DNA of 64,000 nucleotides from Eledone cirrhosa (Eukaryota). Position 1 is the first letter of the stretch; each line of letters starts with the position of its first letter. The position numbers and the translations under genes were made by a program. The notes beneath the pieces are model-generated. The model was not told the DNA's origin. It made no database searches and saw only the letters and a program-made list of their open reading frames with translations. Location of the stretch: the NCBI GenBank assembly GCA_964016885.1, contig OZ024742.1, forward strand, positions 362,700,001 to 362,764,000. The letters run 5' to 3'. Positions 24,738-39,143 of this stretch are shown here, piece after piece.

Positions 24738-27700
24738 ATGACCTCACTCAGAATAGGCAGCATAAATGCGCGTGGCTTGGGGTCGTCATGGAAGCAGGGT
24801 CACCTGCTCAACGACCTCAGGTCACTAAACATAGATGTAGTGGCCATCAGCGAGACCAGAATCTCCGAAGCACGGGCCTTCGCACCGATCTTCGGCGGCT
24901 ACGATGTGTACGCATCTCCCAGCCGTCCTGGATCGGGTGGAGGAGTTGCTGTGCTTTTTCGGAGAGGTTTGGATCTCGCCATACGGGCCATCTTCCTGGA
25001 CCCAGAGGGTAAGCTGGTGGTGCTGGATGTGACCAGCGGAGACGGGCAAGCTTTCAGGCTAGTGGCCGTCTATGCCCCGACAGGAGCAGGGCGGCCTGAT
25101 TTCTTCCGGCGTCTGGAGACCTTTCTTGGAACGTCGCGCTCTTTAGTGTTAGTGGGCGACTGGAACGGGATCTTAGATGCACGCTGGGACTGTGTGGGAT
25201 TAGCGGATAGGGGTGGAGGGTGCAAGAGCCTCACCAACCTGCTCAGGCGTTTTGAACTGTCTGACAGGTACCGATTGGATTTCCCGAATGTGCCAATGTG
25301 GACTTGGACAAACCGCATAGGGTCATCCAGATCATATCTAGATAGAGTATTTTGTAGGGAAATAGATAGGTCTAGCATAGGCTGTCCACAATTCAAGATA
25401 GTCAGCTACACGGACCACAAATTCGTGATCTGTGTGCTTGACTTAGATAGGCTTCATAGACGAGGACCCGGCTACTGGAAGCTAAACGCGTCCTTACCAG
25501 CGCGCAAGGCCTACAGAGACCGGATTAGCGAACTAGTTAAGCGGGCGTTGACGGGGGCCATCGTCAACAACAAGTGGTGGTTTGCTCTGAAAAGAGCGAT
25601 TAGAATAGAATCGATTAGGTTTAGTAAGGCTTTAGCAATAGAGAAAAATAGAGCAGAGGGAGAACTAGTTAGAAAATTAGACGAGGCGCTTAGCAAAGGC
25701 ATTGCGACCGACGTGCTTGCGGCGAAATTGGCCCTTGACCAATTCTTCAATGCAAAGCACGAAGGCTGCGTTGTCAGAGCTAGGGTGCGTGCTCTCAGAC
25801 ACGAGGGGACGAAAGCCGTTCAATGGGCCCGAGTGGCGGAGGCGCGTCGTGGCAACAAAGCCACGATCCGGTCTTTGGTGGACCACGACGGGCGCATGCT
25901 ACTCGATCCCGGGCAAATGTGTGAAGCTTTTCAGCGACACTTCGCTCAGCTGTTCGGGGGCAGCGGGGGGCCGGGTAGAGGGATGGACTTTAGTGTCTAC
26001 CTCGACGGACTGCCGCGGCTCTCGGCCACTGAGGCGAAGTGTTGCGAAAAGCCGATAACAGCCGCTGAAGTAAGGGAGGCAATGACTGGCTGCACAAGGG
26101 GTAAATCGCCTGGTTTGGATGGTCTGCCCTATGAACTTTACGTACAGATGCCAGACTTGTTCGGAGGCCTCTTGGCGGACGTCTACTGCAACTGGCAACA
26201 GAACGGGAGAATTCCCAGTTCTGTGAGCCGAGGAGCGGTGGCACTGCTGAGAAAGGATCCGAACAAGGGGGATAACATAGACAATTTCCGGCCCATAACT
26301 CTGCTAAACACAGAGTTTAAGATTTTGGCCAAGGTGCTAGCAAAGAGGTTGGCGCTTGTCGTTGGTGGTCTGGTGGGAGAGGCGCAGACATGCGCCATTC
26401 CCGACAGATCCATCCACGACAACCTCCACCTCATGCGATACATCGTAGAGAGGGTAGCTAGGGAACCTGGCACGGGTGGGTCCTTGATCAATTTAGATCA
26501 GTCGAAAGCTTTCGATAGGGTCGACCATCGTTACCTAGCGGCAGTCCTGAGGGCGGCTGGCTTTGGGCCCGTCTTCAGAGGCTGGATCGCTGCCATGCAC
26601 AGCGACATCTGCTCTGTGGTGAGAGTGAACGGTCACCTGTCGGAACCGTTCAACATCATGCGCTCGGTCCGCCAAGGATGTCCCCTCTCGTCCCTCTTGT
26701 ACGTATTGACTCTCGAGCCATTACTGCACAAACTGGAGACGTTGAGGGGAGTCCCGCGCGAACTAGGATGCGGAAGATCCGTGTCAGCATATGCGGACGA
26801 TGTCACCGTAGTGGTGTCGAACGCCAAACACATCGAGGCGATCGGCACTACACTAAGAGAATACGAAGCGGTGACAGGAGCAATGATCAACCAGGAAAAG
26901 TCAGTGGGCCTGCAGCTCGGCACCTGGAGAGGCAGGTCCATGCCGTCCAACAGCGTCGTCGGGCGCTGGACGGACGGACCGGTTAAATTGCTAGGGGTCT
27001 GGTTCGGTCCGGACCTCCAGACGGACAAAAACTGGGACGAGGTGACGAGCAGGGTGGCTTCTCTCACCCAGAAATGGGCGGAGAGGAAGCTATCCCTGAA
27101 AGGTCGAGCGGAGGTGGCTAACGCGTACATCGCGTCTGTCATCTGCTACCGCCTAACCGTCGTACCTTGTCCTAAGCCTCGCCTGACTGCGCTGGAGCGT
27201 TTGCTCTTTCGCTTTTTGTGGAAGGGACGTGCTCCGATGGTCAGGCGGTCCATCTGTTGTCAACACCCGCTACGTGGAGGGCTGGGCATGCCGTGGCTGA
27301 TGATGCGCAGGCACGCGCTCAGGCTACGACATCTCCACCTCTTCCTCGACGGTGATCAGGTGTGGTCGCCGTTTGCTAGACGCGTTTTTCCCCAGCTCGT
27401 TTCCTTGACGGAGCTGCAGTCCTGGGTCAAGCGAAGACCGAGAGGGAGCGCCTGGAGACTGGAATGTCTTCAGGCGCTCACAGCCCTCGACCAATCGGGC
27501 AATGTGATCGGTGGAAACTCCACCTCGGCGTTCTATAGAGGATTAGTGGAAGGGAAGAGCGACGACGTACTTGGGGAAACTCTAGGCGTCGACGAAAATC
27601 AACTAGCCAATCTCTTCGGAAGAACTTTCGGGCCAGGGCCTATGGACAACTTCCAGAAATCTCTGGCCTGGCAGTGCTACCGAGGAGCCTTGCCAGTTCG

Positions 27701-28157
27701 GGATAAACTCTACAGGCATGGAGGTGCCGTCAGCCGGGCATGTCCGAGATGCGCGCAGGGCGACGAAACCGTCCTGCACGCACTCGTCCAGTGTCCGAAA
27801 ATTGCTGACTTGTGGGTTTATGTCGAACACCTGCTGTCGCGTTTAGGACGGATCCAGCTATCATCTGAGTCTATCGTGAGGATTGCCCCGCCCTCCTCCT
27901 TTAGCCGGGAAGGGCAGGCAGTTTTTATCTGTCTGGTGGCCATGGCGAAAGAGATAGTATGGTGGACACGTTTGAAAGGGCTGAAGACGAGCACTTACCT
28001 CTTCGGTGATGCTCTGATTGACTTTTTCAAATTTCATTTGAAAAGGAAAATCAGAGTAGAGAAGGAAGTGCTCTCTTCCCAGCATTTTGTTGAAAGATGG
28101 GTGAGAGAAGCAAGAATGGCCCGAGTGAATGGGCCGACTCTGAGTATATATCTGTAA
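24738..28157 (+). CDS. Tx1 ORF2: APE endonuclease, reverse transcriptase, C-terminal Zn-binding domain (1139 aa)
   Basis: INARGL, ISET, VYAP, GDWN, TDH, GPGYWKLN, KSPGLDG, DQSKAFDRV, RQGCPLS, YADD, CPRC..DETVLHALVQC. Confidence 0.96.
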   Translation: MTSLRIGSINARGLGSSWKQGHLLNDLRSLNIDVVAISETRISEARAFAPIFGGYDVYASPSRPGSGGGVAVLFRRGLDLAIRAIFLDPEGKLVVLDVTSGDGQAFRLVAVYAPTGAGRPDFFRRLETFLGTSRSLVLVGDWNGILDARWDCVGLADRGGGCKSLTNLLRRFELSDRYRLDFPNVPMWTWTNRIGSSRSYLDRVFCREIDRSSIGCPQFKIVSYTDHKFVICVLDLDRLHRRGPGYWKLNASLPARKAYRDRISELVKRALTGAIVNNKWWFALKRAIRIESIRFSKALAIEKNRAEGELVRKLDEALSKGIATDVLAAKLALDQFFNAKHEGCVVRARVRALRHEGTKAVQWARVAEARRGNKATIRSLVDHDGRMLLDPGQMCEAFQRHFAQLFGGSGGPGRGMDFSVYLDGLPRLSATEAKCCEKPITAAEVREAMTGCTRGKSPGLDGLPYELYVQMPDLFGGLLADVYCNWQQNGRIPSSVSRGAVALLRKDPNKGDNIDNFRPITLLNTEFKILAKVLAKRLALVVGGLVGEAQTCAIPDRSIHDNLHLMRYIVERVAREPGTGGSLINLDQSKAFDRVDHRYLAAVLRAAGFGPVFRGWIAAMHSDICSVVRVNGHLSEPFNIMRSVRQGCPLSSLLYVLTLEPLLHKLETLRGVPRELGCGRSVSAYADDVTVVVSNAKHIEAIGTTLREYEAVTGAMINQEKSVGLQLGTWRGRSMPSNSVVGRWTDGPVKLLGVWFGPDLQTDKNWDEVTSRVASLTQKWAERKLSLKGRAEVANAYIASVICYRLTVVPCPKPRLTALERLLFRFLWKGRAPMVRRSICCQHPLRGGLGMPWLMMRRHALRLRHLHLFLDGDQVWSPFARRVFPQLVSLTELQSWVKRRPRGSAWRLECLQALTALDQSGNVIGGNSTSAFYRGLVEGKSDDVLGETLGVDENQLANLFGRTFGPGPMDNFQKSLAWQCYRGALPVRDKLYRHGGAVSRACPRCAQGDETVLHALVQCPKIADLWVYVEHLLSRLGRIQLSSESIVRIAPPSSFSREGQAVFICLVAMAKEIVWWTRLKGLKTSTYLFGDALIDFFKFHLKRKIRVEKEVLSSQHFVERWVREARMARVNGPTLSIYL

Positions 28158-28418
28158 ACTAAAGGTGGAAAACTGGGAGAGGGCACTTGCCTTGGTGGTC
28201 AGGGTCATTGTGGCTTTTTACTGGGCTTTCTCCACAAATGTCCCTCCGAAGTCTCCCCCCTATTGGGGAATTTTTCATTGTTATTTTCATTGTTATTTTT
28301 GTTACATCCTCTATTTTTGTTTTTTTTACACGCAGAAATGCCCATTTGTACCGTCCTGCATTGTCCTGCACTGTCCTTAATGTCTACTTTATGTAAACCC
28401 TTGTGGTTAATAAAGAAA

Positions 28419-28471
<53 letters not shown>

Positions 28472-28477
28472 ATTATT

Positions 28478-28608
28478 ATATCATGACTGATACACTGTTC
28501 ATTTTCCTGACATTTGTACATTATTCTATGTACTATACATGCACCTTTGATGAGTTGTAGTGCACCTGAGCACTGTACACAATCATTTCATTATTATCAT
28601 TATTATAT
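28478..28608 (+). mobile_element. Diverged short 3'-UTR fragment of the CR1 family at 17150-21505
   Basis: tatcatgact..cactgttcatttt..tgatgagttgt.gtgcacctg.gcactgtacacaat..tttcattatt matches ~21376-21495. Confidence 0.8.
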
Positions 28609-29290
28609 TATAGGGCTGTATGTATATTTTAGCAAGAGTGAAAATATTCCCGGTTACCTAAGGAAGATTAGGAACCTTTTACAATAATGTAGGTATGAAA
28701 GATCGACCTAAGTGTATATAGAAAGTGTAAATAACAAAAAAAAACAAACTTTATTTCTATCTAAGGATGCTTGGGGGTTCCTCTATCTTAGTCTGTAATT
28801 GGGAAGGTAATAATGCCGAGATATACTCACCTGGGTCGTGAGGGGGTTTTAAGGTGATATATGACCTGTATATTCTGTGTTTAAACGAGATAACGAGTCC
28901 ATCCTTTTTGTGTAACAGTTGGTCCTTTGCAAACAACATCTGGATCATTACCTTCGAGTACAAATTGCACGGACGGCATTTTCGTGATTAAGGAAAGTAG
29001 GCTCCAACTTATTGTTACTTATCATCTAAGTTGGAGCCTACACGACGTACCAGATCACTGACCACTCCCCGTGACAGACAAGAAAAACAACAAACTGTTA
29101 AGATTCTTTGCTTAGATTTTTTTGCTTTTTTTGCTTTCACTCCATGCTCATATATGGACTGTACCCTGATAAGTTCAGCTAGATTCCCGCCGTTTTAATA
29201 TTAGTGGCTTAGTTCGGATCTAGTTGTCGAAACGGCCGGAGCTCAGCCGTCGGGGTCCTGAATCTTTTCATATATATAAATATATATATA

Positions 29291-30275
29291 TCCAAAATTA
29301 ATTAAAGTAATTAAATTAAGGGAGTCATGTCCGAGACATGCGCCATATCCACCGTAGAATAAGCTCAAATATTCCAATGAATAGATCCGAACATTTTATA
29401 TCAACTAGAAATTGATTGAAATATATATATATATTTAAAATAAACACATGAAACAATCACAGGGGATAATTTGTAAAGTATGTAATCACACATAGCTAGG
29501 TAGGTAACTAATTAAAGTTTAACAAGAGCTTCAAATATTACCTTTTAAAAAATGATTAATTTTTGTTTGTTGTTTTTTTTAAAAGGTAATATTTGAAGCT
29601 CTGGTAACACTTTAATTAGTTACCTAGCTAGGTATGTGTGATTACACACTTTACAAATTATCCCCTGTGATTGTTTCATGTGTTTATTTTAAATATATAT
29701 CTGTCAATCAATTTCTAGTTGATATAAAATGTTCGAATCTATTCATTGGAATCTTTGAACTTATTCTACGGTGGATATGGCGCATGTCTCGGACATGACT
29801 CCCTTAATTTAACTTAATTAAATGAATTTCGGATATACACACGGCTCCTTAATTGTAGAGCTTATTCAGTTGAAAGGACTCGGCTGCTATTTATAGCTGT
29901 CGATCACCCTATTCACGCCACTGGGATGACGCTAGCATGTTGTTAGTAGTTTTAGAATTGCAACACGTGCGATGGGTCACTCGCAGATTTGCATTTGATG
30001 TGTAAACACAGATAGTTAAATCTTCGACCTTGCTGAAGATCCGTGATTTGACTACTGTGACTTTACGGATTAATGGTGAAAAATATTTCTTTAATGAAAT
30101 ATATACAAGGAAGATTAATCATTTTTTAAAAGGTAATATTTGAAGCTCTAGTTAAACTTTAATTAGTTACTTACCTAGCTATGTGTGATTACACGCTTTA
30201 CAAATTATCCCTGTGATTATTTCATGTGTTTATTTTAAATATATATATATGTCAATCAATTTCTAGTTGATATAT
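29291..30275 (+). mobile_element. Fold-back element with inverted arm plus tandem partial direct repeat (PLE pLTR-like)
   Basis: 29291-~29552 inverted to ~29575-29835; ~30121-30275 repeats ~29575-29722 directly; TA-rich ends. Confidence 0.65.
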
Positions 30276-30954
30276 ATATGTATTATTGAGCAACATAACA
30301 GGAGGCTGGACTGGTGAAATTCCTTCAAAGGTTTATTTCAGCAAACACTATGTACATTTCAGTGGCTAGGTTACGTAAGATCCTGAGGACTTCATTAGAT
30401 GTACATTGCTTAATAGTTATATAATAAAGGAATAATTGTAGACACAATCCAAAGGCTATACGGAGGGAAAGCAGATAAAAAGAAAACAGAAAAAAGTGTT
30501 TGACTCGAAGGCGATCAAGAGGGCCAGTTATTGTCAGTTTGGCTGACCGGCGAATATACATGAATTAGTTTAAGAAAACTGCTACAATATAATTTGGAAT
30601 TATAACTTAACTTTATTACTACGTTTTGATCTTTTTATTAATATTTTCTTCTCCGACAAGGGATATTTTATACAAAATATAAGGGACTATGAATTATTTC
30701 CATGGTAATATCTCAATCGCTTCGGTGTTTCCGTTCTTTCTTTTTACCTTTTATAGTATTGTCATTTCATTTATATTAATAATTCTATTTGCAATGTCAT
30801 CGTATCCTAAAACTAACTCATTTTTTTAAATTCCACAATGCTTCAAGTAAACTATAAAATTATCCATTGTTTCTCTTTCTCTCTGTTTTTTTCTCTCAAT
30901 TAGATACATGACATGCCAGATGCGCTCCTTATTCACCTTTTCTCATTGTTGAAA

Positions 30955-31960
<1,006 letters not shown>

Positions 31961-33163
31961 TGGTAATAATAATGATGACAATAAAATATTAATGTGGCAA
32001 ATAAAAAAATGAGTGAAATTTGTCTATTTTTTCTGTAACCCATATCCTATATTTGTTAGCTTTAACACATTTTACAAGTCTTGTTTGTGTATTTATCTTT
32101 TATCTGTTCTAACCTCTTGTTGCTATGAGGGCATATCGGTTATTGTTGTTGTTGTTGCTGCTGCTGTTGCTAATGATAATAATATTATTGATGATTCAAT
32201 GGAAGGTTCTCTGGATGACACATTTACAGTCTTGGCGATGTCGACGGTGGTGAAAATGTTTGGTTGCTGTTAGTTCCTGCGACATATATCAGAGATTGCA
32301 CATTTAACCGACCTGAAGTCACGTATTATTCACCGACCGACAATATATATTTGGCAAAGGGATCAAATTAACGTATATCCGGGCTAGAAGACTTGTAGGG
32401 ATTTAGAACTTCTCCCTCTTCTACTGTATTTGTATCGTCATAGGAAGACGAGGTAGGACATTCCAAGATGAACTGGGGACGGAAGACAGGGACTTGAAAC
32501 CCTTCATTAAAAGTTGGAATTATGTACTGTAATGATAGATAGAATTGATGGTGGTCATTGGAACACTTTGTCTTGTGTGTCATAAAACCCGAAATACTCT
32601 AAGACTAATGAGGTGAAAGATTTTAAATGCTGTGGTACATCAAATATTCGCCTCACTAAAGAAACGAAGAGATATTAAGTGGTCATAGATCCTGAGAAGA
32701 CATTATCTTCAGAGGGAGGAATAATATGAATAATGTGAATAATACGGCCTGTGTCACAGCATATATAGATAGATAAACACAAGAAGATAGTTATACATAG
32801 TCAGGGCCATATTAACACAAGGCTGCCTGCACTTTCTTGACTTTCAAGTAGTTAAGGCCCTCTCAACAACTTCAGCCCTTCAACTTGACCTTCATATCGT
32901 ATATTCAATTAATACAACAAACTATCGATTAGAATTTCCTTCAAAAAAAGGCACACGCACACACAAGCACACACACACAGCCACACACACATATATTATA
33001 TATATATATAAATATATACAGAGAGAGGGAGCGGGGATGTCTGTGGGGCTGAGACCAAGAGGACCACTAATCATTTGAGTACGCAATGCATGGGGAGATA
33101 CAGAGTAGGTAGAGAGATATGTAAAATCTACCCCCATCATAACCACACCCCATAACCCCATCC

Positions 33164-33255
<92 letters not shown>

Positions 33256-33373
33256 GTAACTGACAAATCATGGTATTGTATCCAATACACCAACTCATGG
33301 ATCTGGAATTACTCTGAGGTTAACACACAACAGCCTCAAACATTCCAGATTACTTCTGGTGATCCAGACGGAG

Positions 33374-33413
<40 letters not shown>

Positions 33414-33504
33414 CATTTATACTCTGCTATGTATTGAGTACCTTACTTTCTGTGGTTACTTCCGATTCAACCCGGAATAACTTATATATATATATATATA
33501 TATA

Positions 33505-34055
33505 TCATAAAACATGTCTATAGAATCACAAGATAAAATATATACTATTTCCTCTCCCAATTAGCATAGTTAACTATATGAAAATCGAATAGACCAGGCT
33601 ATAAATTTAATGTCTAGATATGAGCGAGATTCCTGAAGAATCCGGCGCTCGAGTTTATATAATTATTACATAATTATTGGAAAACTCAAAACACGGACGA
33701 AACCATGGTAGAGGTATTTAAATGTATTCTATTTTCTCCTAGTTTATTTTAAACTTAATTCTGCTTAGTTGACTTTATCTAGGCGATTACGCTGTCGAAA
33801 TATTCAATAAATATTCCACTACGGCCGACGCGAAGCGGTAGTTTTGGTTATTTGTCGGAGATTCCTTCATAGAAGCCTCATTCTTATAGCCTGGTCTATT
33901 CGATTTTTTATATAGTTAATTATGCTAATTGGGAGAGGAAATAGTATATATTTTATCTTGTGATTCTATAGACATGTTTTATGATATATAGCTCTGATTG
34001 TTTAATTTATTAATTTTTCATTGAGCCACAAAGTGACCGGTTGCAAAACACTTAT
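33505..34055 (+). mobile_element. Fold-back PLE pLTR remnant with canonical hammerhead in the loop
   Basis: Arms ~33505-33603 / 33885-33990 plus tail; flanked by (TA)n. Confidence 0.7.
33629..33714 (+). ncRNA. Type-I hammerhead ribozyme motif, canonical core
   Basis: ttc-CTGAAGA (33633-39)-atccg...cggac-GAAA (33699-702)-CCATGG-TA-gag; palindromic stem III ACCATGGT. Confidence 0.65.
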
Positions 34056-34091
34056 ATGTATGTGTATGTATATATATATATGTAAATTTTT

Positions 34092-34155
<64 letters not shown>

Positions 34156-34156
34156 G

Positions 34157-34221
34157 ATTCTGATGAGCGATTTCAGACGTCTATGTCGAGCTCGTCTGTT
34201 TTCGCGAAACCTTTGGTAAAT
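34157..34221 (+). ncRNA. Type-I hammerhead ribozyme motif (mirror copy on - at 39436-39499)
   Basis: att-CTGATGA-gcga...tcgc-GAAA-CC ttt GG-TA-aat. Confidence 0.65.
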
Positions 34222-34313
34222 GAAATAATTGTCTTATGTTGTTTATTACATAACTATTAAGCTCTGTAGCCTACATAGAGCACTCTCCTATCCTTTACCT
34301 TTTTTACGGAAAT

Positions 34314-34392
<79 letters not shown>

Positions 34393-35589
34393 TGGTAAAC
34401 GAAATAGAAAATGCTGACAAATTGTTCACAGTGAAAAATAGTTTAATTAGGAATAAGTGAGAATTAGTAATGGTATTGGTTAGTATTAAGTTTTGGTTTT
34501 AAGTTTTACCGGTTGCGCATTTCTAATGCTTTTCAAAAATAATTTTGAGATAGAGCGTCCGTGATGTTTGCTCTGATCTGATTAGTTTTGGGAATTCTAC
34601 CTGTTTTTATGTTAAAAAAGTGGCTCCAGCGGTATTAAAATAAGTTTTGCACCAATTCGTGTTGCAAAAATTCTTGTGGTCAAAACAATTTTGATTGGTC
34701 GGTAGAGGTCATGTGAATGTAAAAAATTGATTTTGCGCCAAATGTAGGTTTGTGTCGGATGACTGAGAGATAAGTCTTTCACAAAATATATGTGTGTGTG
34801 TGTGTGTAGTAGTAGTAAAGAGGTTCGTTGTTGTGATAATGGGCAGCAGGGATGTGTGTGCGAACCGCAGACTGTTGACAGTTCAAATGCCTATTAAGAC
34901 AAGTGTGTGTGTGTGTGTGTAACAGAGTAATTCGTGGTAGAGGGATGGTCAGTAGGAATGTGTCTGTACGTGTGTCGGGGATATTTTAACATGTTAAAAG
35001 ATATTTTTTCAGCTCCTGTCTTATACGGAGAAGTGTGTGTGTGTGTGTGTATGTCTCTATGTATGTTAATGTACGCGTGTGTATGTGTGTGTGTATATAT
35101 ATGAGTGTGTGTGTGTGTGAGAGAGAGAATGTGTGTGTGTGTGTGTGTGGGTGGATCAGTGTTTATTTCTGGTAAAATGGTGTACATTATTCGATATTTT
35201 CAGTAAAATCGATTCTCTCAATAGAACATCAAAAACCTTAATAATAAAAGGTGTGAAATGATATATAGTATTGGCATTTCCATTTTCCAACTCTCGCCTC
35301 CACAATACACAACAAATCCACATCACACGATACAACCAACAACGTAGGCCACCTATAATACCACAATCCAACATGGCACATAGAAACACACACCCATACT
35401 TGCAGTACAGGCACACTCCATTCAATCAATAAACACCAACCCGAACCACATTTTACAACAACAAGGAATATAACAAACACAGGAGACCACTTAACATCAG
35501 CAGACAACCCCTCTACCCCAACCATTTTTTAGAAACAGCACGCAGATACAGGCAAACAAAATAACCCAATACAGGGAGGAGAAACCGAT

Positions 35590-37811
35590 AGTAATAACAA
35601 TTATCAATCTTACTAGTGCAGAACCAACACCCAACCTTATCAACTTACTCTCCAAAGGTCTTAAATTCACACCGACCCCACTACGTCCTAACTACTATGA
35701 AATGAAGGAACTCAGTGAACAACTATTCGACCAGTACAATGAGGATGAATCATTAGCCAGAAATAGAAGCAATTACACCCCATCAAAAGGTAGTAATAAA
35801 ATCCTGGACGAATTCTGTGAACACATCACAAACTTCCCTTACCAACACTTGCACAGACAAAAACACAAGCCAAACCTCAGCAAGAAAGAATGGGAAGAAT
35901 TAAATAAGTTAAAAACCGACAGAACCATTTCAATTAAAGAGGCTGATAAAGGGAGTACAGTAGTCCTAATGAAGACAGAATTCTATATCAACTTAGCGCT
36001 CTCCACTTTGGAAAACGAAACATACTACGAAAAGGCTGAACACTACAATCAACAGACAATTATGAGAAACCTAAAAAACTCTGATCAACCAATACAAAGA
36101 AGGACTCACTAACAAGGAATTCAGCTTCATCCCAGACTTCACAAATAAATCCAGCCTTTTCTACGGTATCCCTAAAGTACATAAAAGCGAATTAATAAGT
36201 AAGGCATGCAAGGAAGCCACAGACATAGTCATCAATGTCCCCTCACCCAATGATCTCAAATTAAGACCTATAATAGCAGTCCCCGCTTGCGAAACCCACC
36301 GCCTTAGCAACTTCATTGATACCCTTCTCAAGCCTTTTCTCAAACACATCAAAAGCTATATAAGGGACGACCTAGATATGCTCAATCACATTCCTAATAT
36401 GCCACTTTCTGAACACACCCTACTAGTGACGTTCGATGTAGTCAACCTATACTCCAACATCCCCCACAACCTAGGAATAGAAGCTATCCAATTCTGGCTG
36501 GATAATTACCACAATGAACTCCCACAACGCATCAAAAAAGAATTCGTGATAGAGGGACTCAGATTTATCTTGGAGAACGTTTTCAATAACAAACCCTACA
36601 GGCAGAAATCTGGGACCGCTATGGGAACGAAAACAGCCCCCACTTATGCCAACCTAGTCATGGGATCCCTGGAAATCACCCTCTACACTAAAGTCGTAAA
36701 CAAATTTGGAAACACTCTCCACTTACACATAGAAAGGAACTGGAAGCGATATCTAGATGACTGCTTCATCCTTTGACACGAAAACATCGAGAAACTTAAA
36801 GAATTTCACACCCTTATAAATGGGCTCAACACGAATATTAACTTCACGATGGAATACAGCCATCAACAACTCCCCTTCCTCGACATCCTCATTAAGATCC
36901 ATAACAAAAAAATAGAAACAGACATATACTACAAGCCCAAAGACTCCAAGCAATATCTTCCTTTCAACTCTTGCCACCCTAGACACGTTAAAATTAATAT
37001 TCCCTACAACTTAGCCAAGAGAATCTGTACTATAGTCTCCAATAAAAACACCTGCTACTTACAGCTACAAGAACTAAAGGACACACTCATAGGCAAGGAC
37101 TACCCTGCATCACTAATTGACAATGGAATCCAACGTGCCCTAAAACTCAGTACACATGACCTTAGATACCCTAAAGTAAATCAACCGAAACTAAAAGCTC
37201 TTCCATACATCTCCACACTCAACCCCCTCAACAATGAGGCCTTTGACACCATCCTCCAGAACATCCCTGTGTTGAAAAAGGACCATAGAATGAACCAAAT
37301 CCTACGAACACACAATATCATGAAGAGCAAAAGACAATCTACGTCAATGAAAAACATCCTAACACATGCCAAAGTACTGCCAACCACAACAACGAAACCC
37401 ACAGTAACAAAATGCGATAGACCCAACTGTGGCATTTGCATCAACCTAATAGAGGGTTCGGAATTCTATTTCAAAGAAGGACAACGTTTTATAGTAAAAC
37501 ACAATTTCACATGCGCATCAGAAAATCTAATATATGTATTAACTTGCTCAGGTTGTCGAGAACAATACATAGGCCAGACCAAAAACAGCCTCTGCCAACG
37601 CATGACTGTCCATAGATCCCAAATTAAAATACGGGAATACAGGAAAATACCACTGAGTGAAAACATTGACACCTGTGCTGCCCCAAATCATCCCAACTTC
37701 AGAATCTTTCCCCTCTACAAATTTAAAGATAATGCCACCCACACCCAGCGCATCAACAAGGAATCTTACTTTATTAACAAATACGGACCCCGTCTAAACA
37801 CTTCTCCCTAA
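35590..37811 (+). pseudogene. Neptune-type PLE RT + Zn-finger linker + GIY-YIG endonuclease, frameshifted
   Basis: LSKGLKFTPTP, KEADKGSTVV, FDVVNLYSNIP, GTAMGTKTAPTYANL, RYLDDCF, CDRPNCGIC, FTCASENLIYVLTCSGC..YIGQT. Confidence 0.9.
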
Positions 37812-38024
37812 GACGAACCCACAACATACACACGTCAAGATACATACCTACATCAGCATACATCTCTACCCACATATAAACACAATGACATACGTAAACA
37901 CACATGTTCTATGGTGCAACACAAATATACACAAATTTGCATACCTTTTGATGTCTATAGATATAAACGTGCCGACACACACACATACATAAACGCATAC
38001 ATGCATTGCACACTGATGGGCGCA

Positions 38025-38368
38025 TACATATTTGTGCACAGGTATTCCAATACAGCAAGGCCTAATGAATTCCCCTTGCAGTACGTACAATCTGGACACA
38101 CTCCAGATACATATTTGTGCACAGGTATACAATTTCTGGACACACTCCAGATACATCTGTACAATTTGTGCACAGGTATACAATTTGTGCACGGGTATAC
38201 AATTTCTGGACACACTCCAGATACATGTGTACAATTTGTGCATAGGTATACAATTTGTGCACGGGTATACAATTTCTGGACACACTCCATTTACATATTT
38301 TTGCACAGGTATTCCAATACGACAAGGCCTAATGGATCCCCCTTGCAGTACGTACAATCTGGACACAC
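38025..38368. repeat. Nested tandem sub-repeats in the Neptune 3' UTR
   Basis: Recurring tacaatttgtgcac(a/g)ggta and tctggacacactccagatacat modules; 38030-38102 repeated at ~38300-38368. Confidence 0.8.
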
Positions 38369-38708
38369 TCACACACACCTTGGTATTATGCCAATACTAT
38401 ATATTATTTCACATCTTTTATTATTAAGGTTTTTGATGTTCTATTGAGAGATTCGATTTTACTGAAAATATCGAATAATGTACACCATTTTACCAGAAAT
38501 AAACACTGACCCCCCCACACACACACTCGTATATATACACACACACATACACACGCGTACATTAACATACATAGAGACATACACACACACACACACACTT
38601 CTCCGTATAAGACAGGAGCTGAAAAAATATCTTTTAACATGTTAAAATATCCCCCACACACTTACAGACACATTCCTACTGACCATCCCTCTACCACGAA
38701 TTACTCTG

Positions 38709-38783
<75 letters not shown>

Positions 38784-39143
38784 TCTTAATAGGCATTTGA
38801 ACTGTCAACAGTCTGCGGTTCGCACACACATCCCTGCTGACCATTATCACAACAACGAACCTCTTTACTACTACTACACACACACACACACATATTTGTT
38901 GTGAAAGACTTATCTCTCAGTCAGCCGACACAAACCTACATTTGGAGCAAAATCAATTTTTTACATTCACATGACCTCTACCGACCAATCAAAGTTGTTT
39001 TGACCACAAGAATTTTTGCAACACGAATTGGCGCAAAACTTATTTTAATACCGCTGGAGCCACTTTTTTAACATAAAGACAGGTAGAATTCCCAAAACTG
39101 ATCAGATCAGAGCAAACATCACGGACGCTCTATCTCAAAATTA

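Larger units (their letters stand above)
22393..28477 (+). mobile_element. Full-length, apparently intact L1/Tx1-clade LINE with (ATT)n tail
   Basis: ~210-bp 5' UTR, two uninterrupted ORFs 35 bp apart, AATAAA followed by (ATT)n. Confidence 0.95.

Noticed and set aside
32200-32760. Coding-looking segment, possibly decayed transposase
   Set aside because: Stops in all frames and no assignable motif.
36770-36780. In-frame TGA after RYLDDCFIL as possible selenocysteine (some Naiad PLEs encode Sec)
   Set aside because: The position normally holds Trp (TGG to TGA), the ORF has other frameshifts, and the element is Neptune-like.
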